This document shows positions 9,020 to 18,801 of a stretch of DNA of 64,000 nt, piece after piece. Source of the DNA: a bacterium (GTDB lineage: Bacteria; JACRDZ01; JAQUKH01); the NCBI GenBank assembly GCA_028719205.1, contig JAQUKH010000003.1:1-64000 (forward strand), written 5' to 3'. Numbering within the stretch: the first letter of the stretch is position 1; each line of letters starts with the position of its first letter. Both the position numbers and the translations under genes were made by a program. A model generated the notes under the pieces. The model had not been told where the DNA came from and ran no database searches. It was given only the letters and a program-made list of their open reading frames with translations.

Positions 9020-10444
9020 ATGGAACATTCGGATAAAATTGCTACAGGAAATTATTTAAATACAATAAAGCGTGTTCTTTTTAAACGCTGGTGGTTGATC
9101 CTTTTAATAACTTTTGTTGTTTCAATTTCTGCTTTTATCACCAGTAAAATTGTTGAGCCGGTTTACGAGGCCAGTACAAGTATTCGTGTGCAGTCTCCCG
9201 TTCAGTTAACGGGCGGAACATCGAATAGGCAGACGTTTGGACAAACTTCTCTGGGCCCGGAGGCTATGTGGTTAAGAAGCCGGTATTTACTTGAATTAGT
9301 TATGAAAAATCTGGGGATCGGGAATATAAACAATAAAGAAGAGTATGTTGCAATTATGGAAAAATTGGTAAGTAATATAAATGTGCAGACTTTTGAGGGC
9401 GCGAATACGCTTGTATTGACCGTGAGGTGGAATGATGCTGAGATGGTTGCTAAAATTACCAACACGCTTGCGGATACCTTTATTGAAAAATATCAATTGT
9501 TTAATAATGCCTTAGCTAAAGATAAAAGAGTTTACATTGAGGAACAACTGAATCTTATTCGTATAAAACTCGATGAAGTACAAAGAAATTTAAGTGATTT
9601 TCAGAAAAAAGAAGGTATTATTTCCCTTGATGAAGAAATAAAGGAAGTTACCAGCCGTATTGCCACGTGGGGAGCCAGGCGCTATCAGATAGAAATGGAT
9701 ATTAAGATCGCCCAGGCAAGATTTAATCAATTAAAAGAACAAATGCCTCAAACTAAAGGAGAAAGCGGCAAGGATTTGCAGGCTCTATTTTTTAAAGATA
9801 ATAGTGCCCTTTCGGCAATGCAGCAAAACATTTCCAATCTTGAAGCGGAAATAAATTCTATGAGTTATAAGTATACAGATGAATTCTCTCCGCTTTTAAT
9901 AAAGAAGAAAAAACTCGAGGAAATTAAATCTAGCTTTCAGGCTGAATTAACCAGGGCTACTTCCGGATATAAGTCTGATAATAATCCGAAAAATAAGGAT
10001 TTTATTTTAGACCTTGTTCAGACAGAAATGGAAATTGAGGCTAAACAAAATGAACAAATTTTTCTGGATGATCTGATAAAAAAAGAGCAGGAGAAGATAA
10101 AAACATTGCCGGAAAAACAGATCCGTTACATTGATATTTTAAGAGAAAATAAAGTTAATGAAGAACAGTACACCAATTTACTGAAAAGGCTGGCAGAGGC
10201 ACGGATCGAAGAGAACGTTGATATGTGGGATGTAAGAGTTTTTGACCGCGCGTATCAGCCTTTTCAGCCGTTAAAGCCCAGGCCGGTAAAAAATACTATT
10301 TTCGGCGCGATCATTGGATTGGTTTTAGGTATAGGATTATCCATGATATTTGAATATTTCGATGATTCATTTCATTCAGTAGATGAGGTGGAATTATTTT
10401 TAGGGTTGCCGGTTCTTGCGGCAATACCGAAGATGAAAAAGTAG
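9020..10444 (+). CDS. Polysaccharide co-polymerase (Wzc/GumC membrane and periplasmic part)
   Basis: N-terminal TM followed by PVYEASTSIRV, a long coiled coil, DRAYQPFQPLKPRP, a second TM, and EYFDDSFHSVDEVELFLGLPVLAAIP. Confidence 0.88.
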   Translation: MEHSDKIATGNYLNTIKRVLFKRWWLILLITFVVSISAFITSKIVEPVYEASTSIRVQSPVQLTGGTSNRQTFGQTSLGPEAMWLRSRYLLELVMKNLGIGNINNKEEYVAIMEKLVSNINVQTFEGANTLVLTVRWNDAEMVAKITNTLADTFIEKYQLFNNALAKDKRVYIEEQLNLIRIKLDEVQRNLSDFQKKEGIISLDEEIKEVTSRIATWGARRYQIEMDIKIAQARFNQLKEQMPQTKGESGKDLQALFFKDNSALSAMQQNISNLEAEINSMSYKYTDEFSPLLIKKKKLEEIKSSFQAELTRATSGYKSDNNPKNKDFILDLVQTEMEIEAKQNEQIFLDDLIKKEQEKIKTLPEKQIRYIDILRENKVNEEQYTNLLKRLAEARIEENVDMWDVRVFDRAYQPFQPLKPRPVKNTIFGAIIGLVLGIGLSMIFEYFDDSFHSVDEVELFLGLPVLAAIPKMKK

Positions 10445-10453
10445 GGAGTACTA

Positions 10454-11302
10454 ATGAAAAACGATTCAAGTAAAAAAGATCTGATCGGGCAAATCCTGAT
10501 CAACGCGGGTTTTATTACACATGAACAACTGATGTATGCGTTAAAAGAAAGGGAAAAGTCCGGCGGCCGTTTAGGTGAAACTTTAGTCCGTTTAGGTTAT
10601 ATATCAGCACAAACTATTGCCACTGTGCTTAAAAAGCAGCTTGCTTCTTCGCTTTTGGTTAATCATAAGATGCTGGAATCACCTGAATTCAGTGAATTCT
10701 ATCGGCTGCAGACCAGCATAAAAATGGCTCTTTTTTCTGATGACCCTATCAGATCAATAATGGTTACAAGCGCGGTTCCGGCGGAAGGAAAGAGTTTTAG
10801 TGTAAGTTATCTGGCGATGATCATGACTTCATTAATGAATAAAAGAACTCTCTTAATTGATGCCGATTTGCGGCGGCCTTCCATTCATTTGAAATTTGGA
10901 TTATCATTAATTCATGGATTGACGGACGTATTAGTGGATAATAAAAAAATAGATGAATGTTTACATGATACCGAGCAGGAGAATCTTAAAGTTTTAACCT
11001 CAGGTTCCCGCTGTACAAATACAACAGCTTTGTTGGGTTCCCAGAAAATGAAAAATCTGGTCGGCGAACTTAAAGAAAGATTTGATCTGCTGATTTTTGA
11101 TTCTTCTCCGCTTTATCCTTTAGCTGACTCGGTTCTATTGAGTTCTTATGTGGATGGAACAATTTTAGTTATAAAAGCCGGCGCCACCCGGAGAGGGATA
11201 GTGCAAAGGGCGGTAAATACATTGAAAGATACTAAAGGCAAAATTTTGGGAACTATTTTAAATCAAGTGGAATATGATGTTCCTAAATATGATTATTATT
11301 GA
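10454..11302 (+). CDS. CpsD/CapB-family bacterial tyrosine kinase with N-terminal MshEN module
   Basis: Walker A SAVPAEGKS, A' LLIDADLRRP, Walker B LLIFDSSP and a C-terminal Tyr cluster YDVPKYDYY. Residues 10-62 form a tandem MshEN-type motif. Confidence 0.88.
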   Translation: MKNDSSKKDLIGQILINAGFITHEQLMYALKEREKSGGRLGETLVRLGYISAQTIATVLKKQLASSLLVNHKMLESPEFSEFYRLQTSIKMALFSDDPIRSIMVTSAVPAEGKSFSVSYLAMIMTSLMNKRTLLIDADLRRPSIHLKFGLSLIHGLTDVLVDNKKIDECLHDTEQENLKVLTSGSRCTNTTALLGSQKMKNLVGELKERFDLLIFDSSPLYPLADSVLLSSYVDGTILVIKAGATRRGIVQRAVNTLKDTKGKILGTILNQVEYDVPKYDYY

Positions 11303-11341
11303 AATTAAAGCTATTAAACTTATCAAAAGGAGGCATTTGTA

Positions 11342-12337
11342 ATGAAAAAAATATTGGTTACGGGTGGAGCCGGTTTTATCGGCTCACATGTAGTTGACGA
11401 ACTTATAAAATCAGGCAAACAAGTAATTGTTTTAGACGACCTTAGCGGCGGTTTTAAAGAAAATGTAAACAAAAAAGCCAAATTTATTAAAGGAAGCATA
11501 ACGGATTATACACTTGTAAAGTCAATTTTTAAAAATAATCAAATAGAATATGTTTTCCATTTGGCTGCTTATGCCGCCGAAGGGTTGAGCCATTTTATAA
11601 AGAGATTTAATTATGAGAATAATCTTATTGGCAGTGTGAATTTGATCAATTGCGCTGTCAATTATAACGTAAAATGTTTCGTTTTTACTTCTTCCATTGC
11701 AGTTTACGGAAAAAATCAGCTTCCAATGAGAGAAGATATGATCCCTGTTCCGGAAGATTCGTACGGTATCGCGAAACTTGCCGTGGAACAGGAATTAGAA
11801 GCCAGCCATAAAATGTTCGGGCTGGATTACATTATTTTCAGGCCCCACAATGTTTATGGAGAAAAGCAGAACATCGGCGATAAATACAGAAATGTAATCG
11901 GCATTTTTATGAATCAGATCATGCATAAAAAGCCTATGAGTATTTTTGGCGATGGCACGCAATCAAGAGCTTTCAGTTATGTAGGAGATGTAGCCCCTAT
12001 AATGGTGGATTCGATAGCCAATAAAAACGCGTACAATAAAATATTTAATATTGGCGCTGATAAGCCCTATTCTGTTAAGGAGTTGGCGGAAAGAGTCGCT
12101 CTTGTAATGGGTACAACTCCTAAAATTAAATATTTAGAAGGAAGAAACGAAGTTTTACACGCCTACTCAGACCATTCAAAACTCCAAAAAGTATTTAAGT
12201 ATAAAGCAAGATTTGATTTAAATGAAGGCTTAAAAAGAATGGCTCAATGGGCTAAGAAAACCGGCAGCAAAGAAAGCAAGAAATTCAGTAATATTGAAAT
12301 AATAAAGAATTTGCCAAAAAGTTGGCGTGGAAAATGA
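11342..12337 (+). CDS. NAD-dependent nucleotide-sugar epimerase/dehydratase (extended SDR)
   Basis: TGGAGFIG, HLAAYAAEGLSH, YGIAK and RPHNVYG motifs. Confidence 0.9.
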   Translation: MKKILVTGGAGFIGSHVVDELIKSGKQVIVLDDLSGGFKENVNKKAKFIKGSITDYTLVKSIFKNNQIEYVFHLAAYAAEGLSHFIKRFNYENNLIGSVNLINCAVNYNVKCFVFTSSIAVYGKNQLPMREDMIPVPEDSYGIAKLAVEQELEASHKMFGLDYIIFRPHNVYGEKQNIGDKYRNVIGIFMNQIMHKKPMSIFGDGTQSRAFSYVGDVAPIMVDSIANKNAYNKIFNIGADKPYSVKELAERVALVMGTTPKIKYLEGRNEVLHAYSDHSKLQKVFKYKARFDLNEGLKRMAQWAKKTGSKESKKFSNIEIIKNLPKSWRGK

Positions 12338-12348
12338 TAAATTAGAAA

Positions 12349-13578
12349 ATGAAAATACTTTATCTGACATCCTGGCTTCCTTTTCCTCTTAGTACCGGTG
12401 CCAAAGTTCGGAATTATTATTTGCTTAAATATTTATCTGAAAAACATCAAATTGATCTTCTAACTTTTATTTTCAATAGAGAAGAAGAAAAAAATGTTTC
12501 AGCATTAGGCGGTATTTGCAAAAGAGTAAAAGCAGTGCTGGCTGTGGATAAAAAATTTAGCATTAATGAACACGTTTTAGCGCATTTTTCTGAAAAGCCA
12601 AAATCAATTCAATTTTCACGAAACGAGGAAATGGCAAAGCTTGTTTATGATTGGACAATAGAAAAAAGATATGATTTAATAATTATTGATCATATAATGA
12701 TGACAGATTATGTTTTAGGTTTAAAAGGTATTCCAAGAGTCATTGACCATCATAATATTGATGCCGTTATTTTAGAAAGAGACTATCAATTACAAAAATC
12801 ATCTCTAAAAAAAATAAGGCGATGGCTGACATGGCGAAAAGGTTTAAAATACGAGACAGGGGTAAGCGTTAAAATAGAGGCTCATACTTTTGTTTCTTCG
12901 GTGGATAAAGAGATTATGATGGGTTTAATTCCCAAAATAAAGCTTTTGGAAGTTGTCCCGAATGGAGTGGATCTGGATAATTATTTATACCGTGAATATA
13001 GTAAAAATGAAAGAAGTTCTCCTGTTATTATTTATAGCAGCCTTTTAAAATATCAGGCAAATCTTAACGGTTTAAAATATTTTCATGAAAGGATATTTCC
13101 CATTATAAAAGCTTCGCGCCCTGATATTAAACTTATAGTAACAGGAGATTATATCAATTTGCCTGTTAGAGATTTGCAAGATGATAAAAATATTGAATTC
13201 GTTGGATATGTAGATGATGTAAAAAAAGAAATATCAAAAGCAGGTGTTACCATTGTTCCTTTACAGGTCGGAAGCGGTACCCGTTTTAAAATATTAGAAT
13301 CAATGGCGATCGGTATACCTGTAGTTTCTACATCAATAGGCGCCGAAGGCATTGACGGCTTAAGGACAATAAATAGTTCGATGGTTCACGATTGTAACAT
13401 TTGGATTGCTGATGATCCTGAAGATTTTGCCAAAGGCGTTTTAGCTTTATTGTCTGATAGAGATTTAGCTGGAATATTATCAAAGAACGGAAGGAAATTA
13501 ATTGAAGAAAAATATGGTTGGGATAATATAGGAAAAAAAATGGATGAATTTATTGAAAAAGTTGTTAAGGGAGTATAA
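12349..13578 (+). CDS. GT4 glycosyltransferase (type associated with PEP-CTERM/exosortase loci)
   Basis: PFPLSTGAKVR, VPNGVD and GSGTRFKILESMAIGIPVVSTSIGAEGI motifs. Confidence 0.88.
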   Translation: MKILYLTSWLPFPLSTGAKVRNYYLLKYLSEKHQIDLLTFIFNREEEKNVSALGGICKRVKAVLAVDKKFSINEHVLAHFSEKPKSIQFSRNEEMAKLVYDWTIEKRYDLIIIDHIMMTDYVLGLKGIPRVIDHHNIDAVILERDYQLQKSSLKKIRRWLTWRKGLKYETGVSVKIEAHTFVSSVDKEIMMGLIPKIKLLEVVPNGVDLDNYLYREYSKNERSSPVIIYSSLLKYQANLNGLKYFHERIFPIIKASRPDIKLIVTGDYINLPVRDLQDDKNIEFVGYVDDVKKEISKAGVTIVPLQVGSGTRFKILESMAIGIPVVSTSIGAEGIDGLRTINSSMVHDCNIWIADDPEDFAKGVLALLSDRDLAGILSKNGRKLIEEKYGWDNIGKKMDEFIEKVVKGV

Positions 13579-13581
13579 ATT

Positions 13582-14985
13582 TTGGATTTTATATTAGGAG
13601 ATAAAAATAAGACACTTAAAATTTTATTTTTATCAATCGTTTTGGCAGTAATAATAGGTTTCCTAATTGGTATATTATCCCCGCTTTATGGTATATTTGT
13701 AATAGCTTTTTTAGCTTTTTTAACACTTACACTTTCTAATCTTCGTTTTGGGATAATATTTTGGATAGTTACAGGCGGAGTTTTTGCTGTTCCTATTTAT
13801 TCTGTTCGTAATGCGGCAATATACCCAAGTATAACTATTTTATCATTACTATTATTTATTTGGATCATTTTATCTTTAGAAAAAGGAACATTTGGGATTA
13901 ATAGATCCAGCTTATTCTGGCCTTTGACTTTTCTTCTTATTATTACTATTCTTTCCAGTTTAAAAGGTGTTATTCTCTATGACCCTGATGTACACGGTGA
14001 ACACAGGTTTATTTTAGTTCAGATTCTCGCTTCAATTTTAATTATTTTTTCCATTTTGACAGCTTTTATGATAGAAAGATTTTTTATAACAAAAGAACAA
14101 ATTTATTTAGTCTATTGTGCTGTTATAGCTATCGGAATCGAATTAACCATTAGCGCTTATTTTAATCTTGAGAAATTTGGGATTTCTCAAGGAGGATGGT
14201 TCCCAATGGTACAGGCGCATGCCCTTTCATTAGCTTTTGCCAGCTTAATATTTATACCTGAATTATCCTTACTAAAAAAAATTGGATTTGTTATCTTAAT
14301 CATTTTTTCCTGTGAATTTGTCTTTTGGCAATTTTTTCGCGCGGGAGCAGGACAATGGATCGCGGGATGGATCGCCATGGGTATTCCTTTAATTTATATA
14401 CTTTTCCAAAAGTCAAAAAAATGGGGTATTTATCTTTTAGTTTTGTTTTTAGTTTTATTTTTTATACTGGCTGCTTCAAAGATCGAAGATGTGTTTTCCC
14501 TGGCAGAGTCAGAAAGGGATTATGACCGTTTTATAATGTGGGGATTTGCTTATAAACTATGGCTTAAAAACCCATTTTTCGGAATAGGCCCGGGAAATTA
14601 TATGGATTATGCCTTAACTTATTCGACTGAAGGATTTAAATATACTGCTGCCCATAGCCAATACTTTCAAATATTATCTGAAGTGGGAGGTTTAGGATTT
14701 ATTTGCTTTTGCTGGGTAATTGTAAAGATATCTTTATTAGGAAGATATCTTATACATTCAGTTAAAGATAACTTTATAAAAGTATTTACTGTTGGAATAA
14801 TGGGAAGTATCTATGGCCAATTATGCGCAGGTGTTTTTGCCGATTATATTCTTCCATCCTATCATAATGGCGGGCTTAAAAATTTTTGTTCTACTGTTTA
14901 TTTTTGGGTTTTAGTGGGAAGTTTACTGGCTATTGAAAAAATTGTTAAAAAAGAGGAAAAGCTGGCTCAAGGGTGCAGGACATAA
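13582..14985 (+). CDS. O-antigen ligase / Wzy_C-family polytopic membrane protein
   Basis: About 12 hydrophobic segments, plus R..MW...LW.KNPFFGIGPGNY and AHSQYFQILSEVGGLG. Confidence 0.82.
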   Translation: MDFILGDKNKTLKILFLSIVLAVIIGFLIGILSPLYGIFVIAFLAFLTLTLSNLRFGIIFWIVTGGVFAVPIYSVRNAAIYPSITILSLLLFIWIILSLEKGTFGINRSSLFWPLTFLLIITILSSLKGVILYDPDVHGEHRFILVQILASILIIFSILTAFMIERFFITKEQIYLVYCAVIAIGIELTISAYFNLEKFGISQGGWFPMVQAHALSLAFASLIFIPELSLLKKIGFVILIIFSCEFVFWQFFRAGAGQWIAGWIAMGIPLIYILFQKSKKWGIYLLVLFLVLFFILAASKIEDVFSLAESERDYDRFIMWGFAYKLWLKNPFFGIGPGNYMDYALTYSTEGFKYTAAHSQYFQILSEVGGLGFICFCWVIVKISLLGRYLIHSVKDNFIKVFTVGIMGSIYGQLCAGVFADYILPSYHNGGLKNFCSTVYFWVLVGSLLAIEKIVKKEEKLAQGCRT

Positions 14986-15010
14986 AACCTGTTACAAAGG
15001 AGATTTTATT

Positions 15011-15922
15011 TTGGATTTATCTGTTGTTATTGTTAATACTAACACAAGAGACATGTTAAGGGATTGCTTAAAGTCTATTTTCCAGGAAACTAAAGGGATA
15101 GAATATGAGGTGATTGTTTCTGATAATAATTCTACGGATGGCAGTAAGGAAATGATGGAGAGGGAATTTCCTGAAGTTATAATAATTAAAAGCAGCGGGA
15201 ATATGGGTTTTTCCGGCGCGAATAATCTTGGATTCGGTATATCAAAGGGAAGATACATTTTAGCTCTTAATCCGGATACTATTGTTTTAAAAACAGCCTT
15301 ATCGGATATGGTAGGTTTTATGGATAATCATACTGAAGCGGGAGCCTGCGGATGTAAATTACTAAATGCCGATAAAACACTTCAGCCGTCATGGGAAAAT
15401 TTCCCGACTATTTTTTCGGAAATATTTTACGCGACTCCGTTTAATAAAATATTTACTCACAGCAGGAGAATGAACAGGGGAGATTTTTATGAAGTTGATT
15501 GGGTAATGGGAGCTTGTTTAATGGTAAGAAGAGAAGTTTTGGAAAAAACAGGCGGTTTTGATGAGATTTATAACCCAATTTATTCGGAAGAAACTGATTG
15601 GTGTTACCGTATTAAGAAGCTGGGCTGGAAAATATATTATTATCCGGAACCGGAAATAATCCATCTCTGGGGGCAGACAACCAAGAAAAAGGCTGTGTGG
15701 TTTTCTCTCCAGTTACAGCGGAATAAATATTTATTTTTCAAAAAAAATTATGGAATTATATATGCCAATGTTTATCGCGGCTGCAGGTTAATTATATATT
15801 CCTTACTTATAATCTATTATTCAGTTGCAAGTATTTTTGATAACGATAAATTAAATTCGTTAAAACAAAAATGGAAATTATTTATTTTATTTTTACATCC
15901 AAAGTTGAAAATGCCAAATTAA
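15011..15922 (+). CDS. GT2 glycosyltransferase
   Basis: DLSVVIVN, DNNSTDGS, NMGFSGANN, LNPDT, VMGACLMVRR and SEETDWC. Start reassigned to TTG 15011 behind AAGGAG. Confidence 0.9.
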   Translation: MDLSVVIVNTNTRDMLRDCLKSIFQETKGIEYEVIVSDNNSTDGSKEMMEREFPEVIIIKSSGNMGFSGANNLGFGISKGRYILALNPDTIVLKTALSDMVGFMDNHTEAGACGCKLLNADKTLQPSWENFPTIFSEIFYATPFNKIFTHSRRMNRGDFYEVDWVMGACLMVRREVLEKTGGFDEIYNPIYSEETDWCYRIKKLGWKIYYYPEPEIIHLWGQTTKKKAVWFSLQLQRNKYLFFKKNYGIIYANVYRGCRLIIYSLLIIYYSVASIFDNDKLNSLKQKWKLFILFLHPKLKMPN

Positions 15923-15929
15923 GGGTGAA

Positions 15930-16799
15930 ATGAAAAACCTAAAGGTTGTTTTTAAATGGTTTATAGTTAGTTGTTTATTTTTAGGATTATTTTTAATATT
16001 ATATCCGGTAACAAGAAGTTATGTAAAACCACCTTTTTGGGAAGTTCTCCATATGCCGAAATATGTGGCGATTACAGTAGATGCTGAAAGTATAAAAATA
16101 CCTGAAGGTATTGAAAGAATATCTGTTATAAGAGATATTCTTGAAAAAAAATATAACATTAAGATACCTATCACCTGGTTCGTTATGTATGATAAAAATT
16201 TTAATGGTTTTGAGCTAGCTTTGGATAAATGGACAGAACTTAAAAAAAGAGGAGATGAAATTGGGTGGCATTATCATGCATCCTCATTTAAAAAGGATCT
16301 AAGTTATGACAGCGCGTTAAATGAAACAGCACAGGATCTACAAACATTATTCCCACAAATTAAAAATAAATATAATTTTGATATTGAATCTTTCAGGTTT
16401 GGCTGGTTTTTTATTCCTGGTTTCAAGCTTTTTGACACTTTAAAAGCTCTGGGAATAAAAACAGATGCTTCATATTGCGACAGTGTTATTGGCCAAGAAT
16501 ATTATAATGGAAAGATCAGAATATCTTATGATAGAATAATAAAAAAACCACAAGAAGTAAATGGTATATTCGAGGTCCCCAGAATTGCAAATAATAAAAA
16601 CATTGAAGTTATTTTATTACACGATTGGACATTGCTGGAACACAATTTTAGCTGGCATAATCCTGATTTAAATGAAATTGTAAAAGCAGAAGTGGATTTT
16701 ATAGATGAGGTGGAAAAATATTTAAAATTCCACAGGTTATTTCCATCTTATTGTCAATTTATAACAATTAAGGGAGTTAAAAATGCTTACAGCAATTAA
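15930..16799 (+). CDS. Polysaccharide deacetylase-like (NodB/CE4-type fold) protein with N-terminal anchor
   Basis: AITVDAE, ITWF, GDEIGWHYH, SFRFGW and LLHDW resemble the CE4 metal-binding motifs. Confidence 0.55.
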   Translation: MKNLKVVFKWFIVSCLFLGLFLILYPVTRSYVKPPFWEVLHMPKYVAITVDAESIKIPEGIERISVIRDILEKKYNIKIPITWFVMYDKNFNGFELALDKWTELKKRGDEIGWHYHASSFKKDLSYDSALNETAQDLQTLFPQIKNKYNFDIESFRFGWFFIPGFKLFDTLKALGIKTDASYCDSVIGQEYYNGKIRISYDRIIKKPQEVNGIFEVPRIANNKNIEVILLHDWTLLEHNFSWHNPDLNEIVKAEVDFIDEVEKYLKFHRLFPSYCQFITIKGVKNAYSN

Positions 16800-17565
16800 G
16801 GACTTAATACAATATAGGGATCTTTTGTTTATTCTGGCAGCGCGTGATATTAAGGTGAGATATAAGCAAACCTTTATGGGTATTGCGTGGGCGCTATTGC
16901 AGCCGCTTTCATTAGTGATTATTTTTACCATTGTATTTTCTAAACTTGCAAGGGTTCCGTCAGAGGGCATTCCTTATCCAATATTTTCTTATTGTGCTAT
17001 TCTCCCGTGGATATTCTTTTCATCATCGGTTAATACCGGGGTTTCCAGTATTGTTAGTAATATGAATTTGGTTACAAAAATTTATTTTCCAAGAGAGGTA
17101 TTGCCATTTGCCACCATGATAGCCTGTTTATTTGATTTTCTTATCGCTTCGATAATATTTATCGGTATGATGATATTCTACAAGATAAGCCTGACAATTT
17201 ATATGTTTTGGGTTCCTTTGATAATACTGATCCAAATAATATTTACTTTAGGGTTTGTTTTATTAAGTTCAGCCGGAAATGTATTTTTTCGTGATGTGAA
17301 GCATGTTATGCCTATTTTAGTCCAGCTTTGGATGTATTTGACTCCAATAATTTATCCTTTAAGTTTAGTCCCCGAAAAATACAAGGTATTTTACATGCTT
17401 AATCCTATGGCCGGGATAATTGAAAGTTATAGAAATGTAATTCTTAAAGATCTCCCGCCGGATTATTTTTATCTGAGTTTAGCTTTTATTGTTTCGTTAG
17501 TTTTGTTTATTCTGGGATATACTTATTTTAAAAAATCAGAAAAAGTATTTGCAGATATAATTTAG
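16783..17565 (+). CDS. wzm: ABC-2 polysaccharide exporter permease
   Basis: RDIKVRYKQTFMGIAWALLQPL, LVTKIYFPRE, YLTPIIYP and LNPMAGIIESYR. Confidence 0.92.
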   Translation: MLTAIKDLIQYRDLLFILAARDIKVRYKQTFMGIAWALLQPLSLVIIFTIVFSKLARVPSEGIPYPIFSYCAILPWIFFSSSVNTGVSSIVSNMNLVTKIYFPREVLPFATMIACLFDFLIASIIFIGMMIFYKISLTIYMFWVPLIILIQIIFTLGFVLLSSAGNVFFRDVKHVMPILVQLWMYLTPIIYPLSLVPEKYKVFYMLNPMAGIIESYRNVILKDLPPDYFYLSLAFIVSLVLFILGYTYFKKSEKVFADII

Positions 17566-17573
17566 GAGAATTT

Positions 17574-18776
17574 ATGAACGCAATAGAATTTGAGAATGTA
17601 TCAAAAAAATATAAGATCGGTTTAAAAAAAGACAGCCTTAGAGACGCTATTCCGGCGGCATTGAAGGGTTTATTCAACCGGCGCCGGGAAGAGGAAGGCC
17701 TCCAGATGAATGAGTTCTGGGCATTAAAAGACATAAATTTTACAATTGCTAAAGGTGAGGCCCTTGGTATTATTGGTTCAAATGGCGCCGGTAAAAGTAC
17801 AATTTTGAAACTCCTGGCAAAAATAACTAAACAAACAAAGGGGAATATTAATATAAATGGAAAATTATCCGCTTTGATCGAGGTTGGAACCGGTTTTCAT
17901 CCTGATCTTACGGGGCGTGAAAATATTTATTTAAATGGTGCAATTATGGGATTAAAAAAAAAGGAAATTGATAAAAAGTTTGATAGTATAGTTGAATTCT
18001 CAGAATTAGAGAAATTCATTGACACACAGGTCAAAAGATATTCTTCGGGAATGTATGTGAGGTTAGGTTTTTCGGTAGCAGCACATATAAAACCGGATAT
18101 TTTGCTTGTTGATGAAGTGTTATCGGTTGGTGATATGAATTTTCAACGAAAATGCCTGAGAATGATAGAAGATCTCGTTAAAAATAATACAACAATAATT
18201 TTCATTTCGCATAATCTGGATATGGTTAGGAAAGTATGTTCCAAAGGAATATTTCTTAATAAAGGAGAAATTTCTTTTTATGGTAAGAGCGGAGAGGCTG
18301 TTGAAAATTATAAAAAAAGTGTTTATGAGTTAAATAATACACATGATCAAACGGGTGAAACAAAACAAACATATATTAAAGAAGTTAAAGTATTTGATGC
18401 CAATGGAAAAGAAATAAATGTTTTTTCTAAAGGCGAAAATATAAAAATAAGAATATATTTTAAGACAGGGAATGATATTAATGAAAAATTTGTGTTTGGA
18501 GTTTCTTTGTGGGCGTTCGATGGAACTAAATGTTTTGGTTACAATACAAAGAATGATGGTCTGATCATTGAACAAATTAAAAATGAAGGGATTGTTGAGT
18601 TGGAGCTGAAAAATGTGAATTTGTTATCCGACACATATCTGTTAAATGTTGGAATTTGGAATGAATTAGTTACTTATCCATATGATTTAAGAAACGGAAT
18701 TGCTGAAATTACAATAAAAAATTCAAGAAAAGGTGTGGGAGTAGTGGACTTAGATAGTGAATGGCATATTTATTAA
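17574..18776 (+). CDS. wzt: ABC polysaccharide exporter ATPase with C-terminal Wzt_C domain
   Basis: GSNGAGKST, GFHPDLTGRENI, YSSGMYVRLGF and LLVDEVLSVGD, plus a ~140 aa beta-rich C-terminal extension. Confidence 0.93.
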   Translation: MNAIEFENVSKKYKIGLKKDSLRDAIPAALKGLFNRRREEEGLQMNEFWALKDINFTIAKGEALGIIGSNGAGKSTILKLLAKITKQTKGNININGKLSALIEVGTGFHPDLTGRENIYLNGAIMGLKKKEIDKKFDSIVEFSELEKFIDTQVKRYSSGMYVRLGFSVAAHIKPDILLVDEVLSVGDMNFQRKCLRMIEDLVKNNTTIIFISHNLDMVRKVCSKGIFLNKGEISFYGKSGEAVENYKKSVYELNNTHDQTGETKQTYIKEVKVFDANGKEINVFSKGENIKIRIYFKTGNDINEKFVFGVSLWAFDGTKCFGYNTKNDGLIIEQIKNEGIVELELKNVNLLSDTYLLNVGIWNELVTYPYDLRNGIAEITIKNSRKGVGVVDLDSEWHIY

Positions 18777-18801
18777 TTGCAGGCGCTAGAAAAGATATAT
18801 T

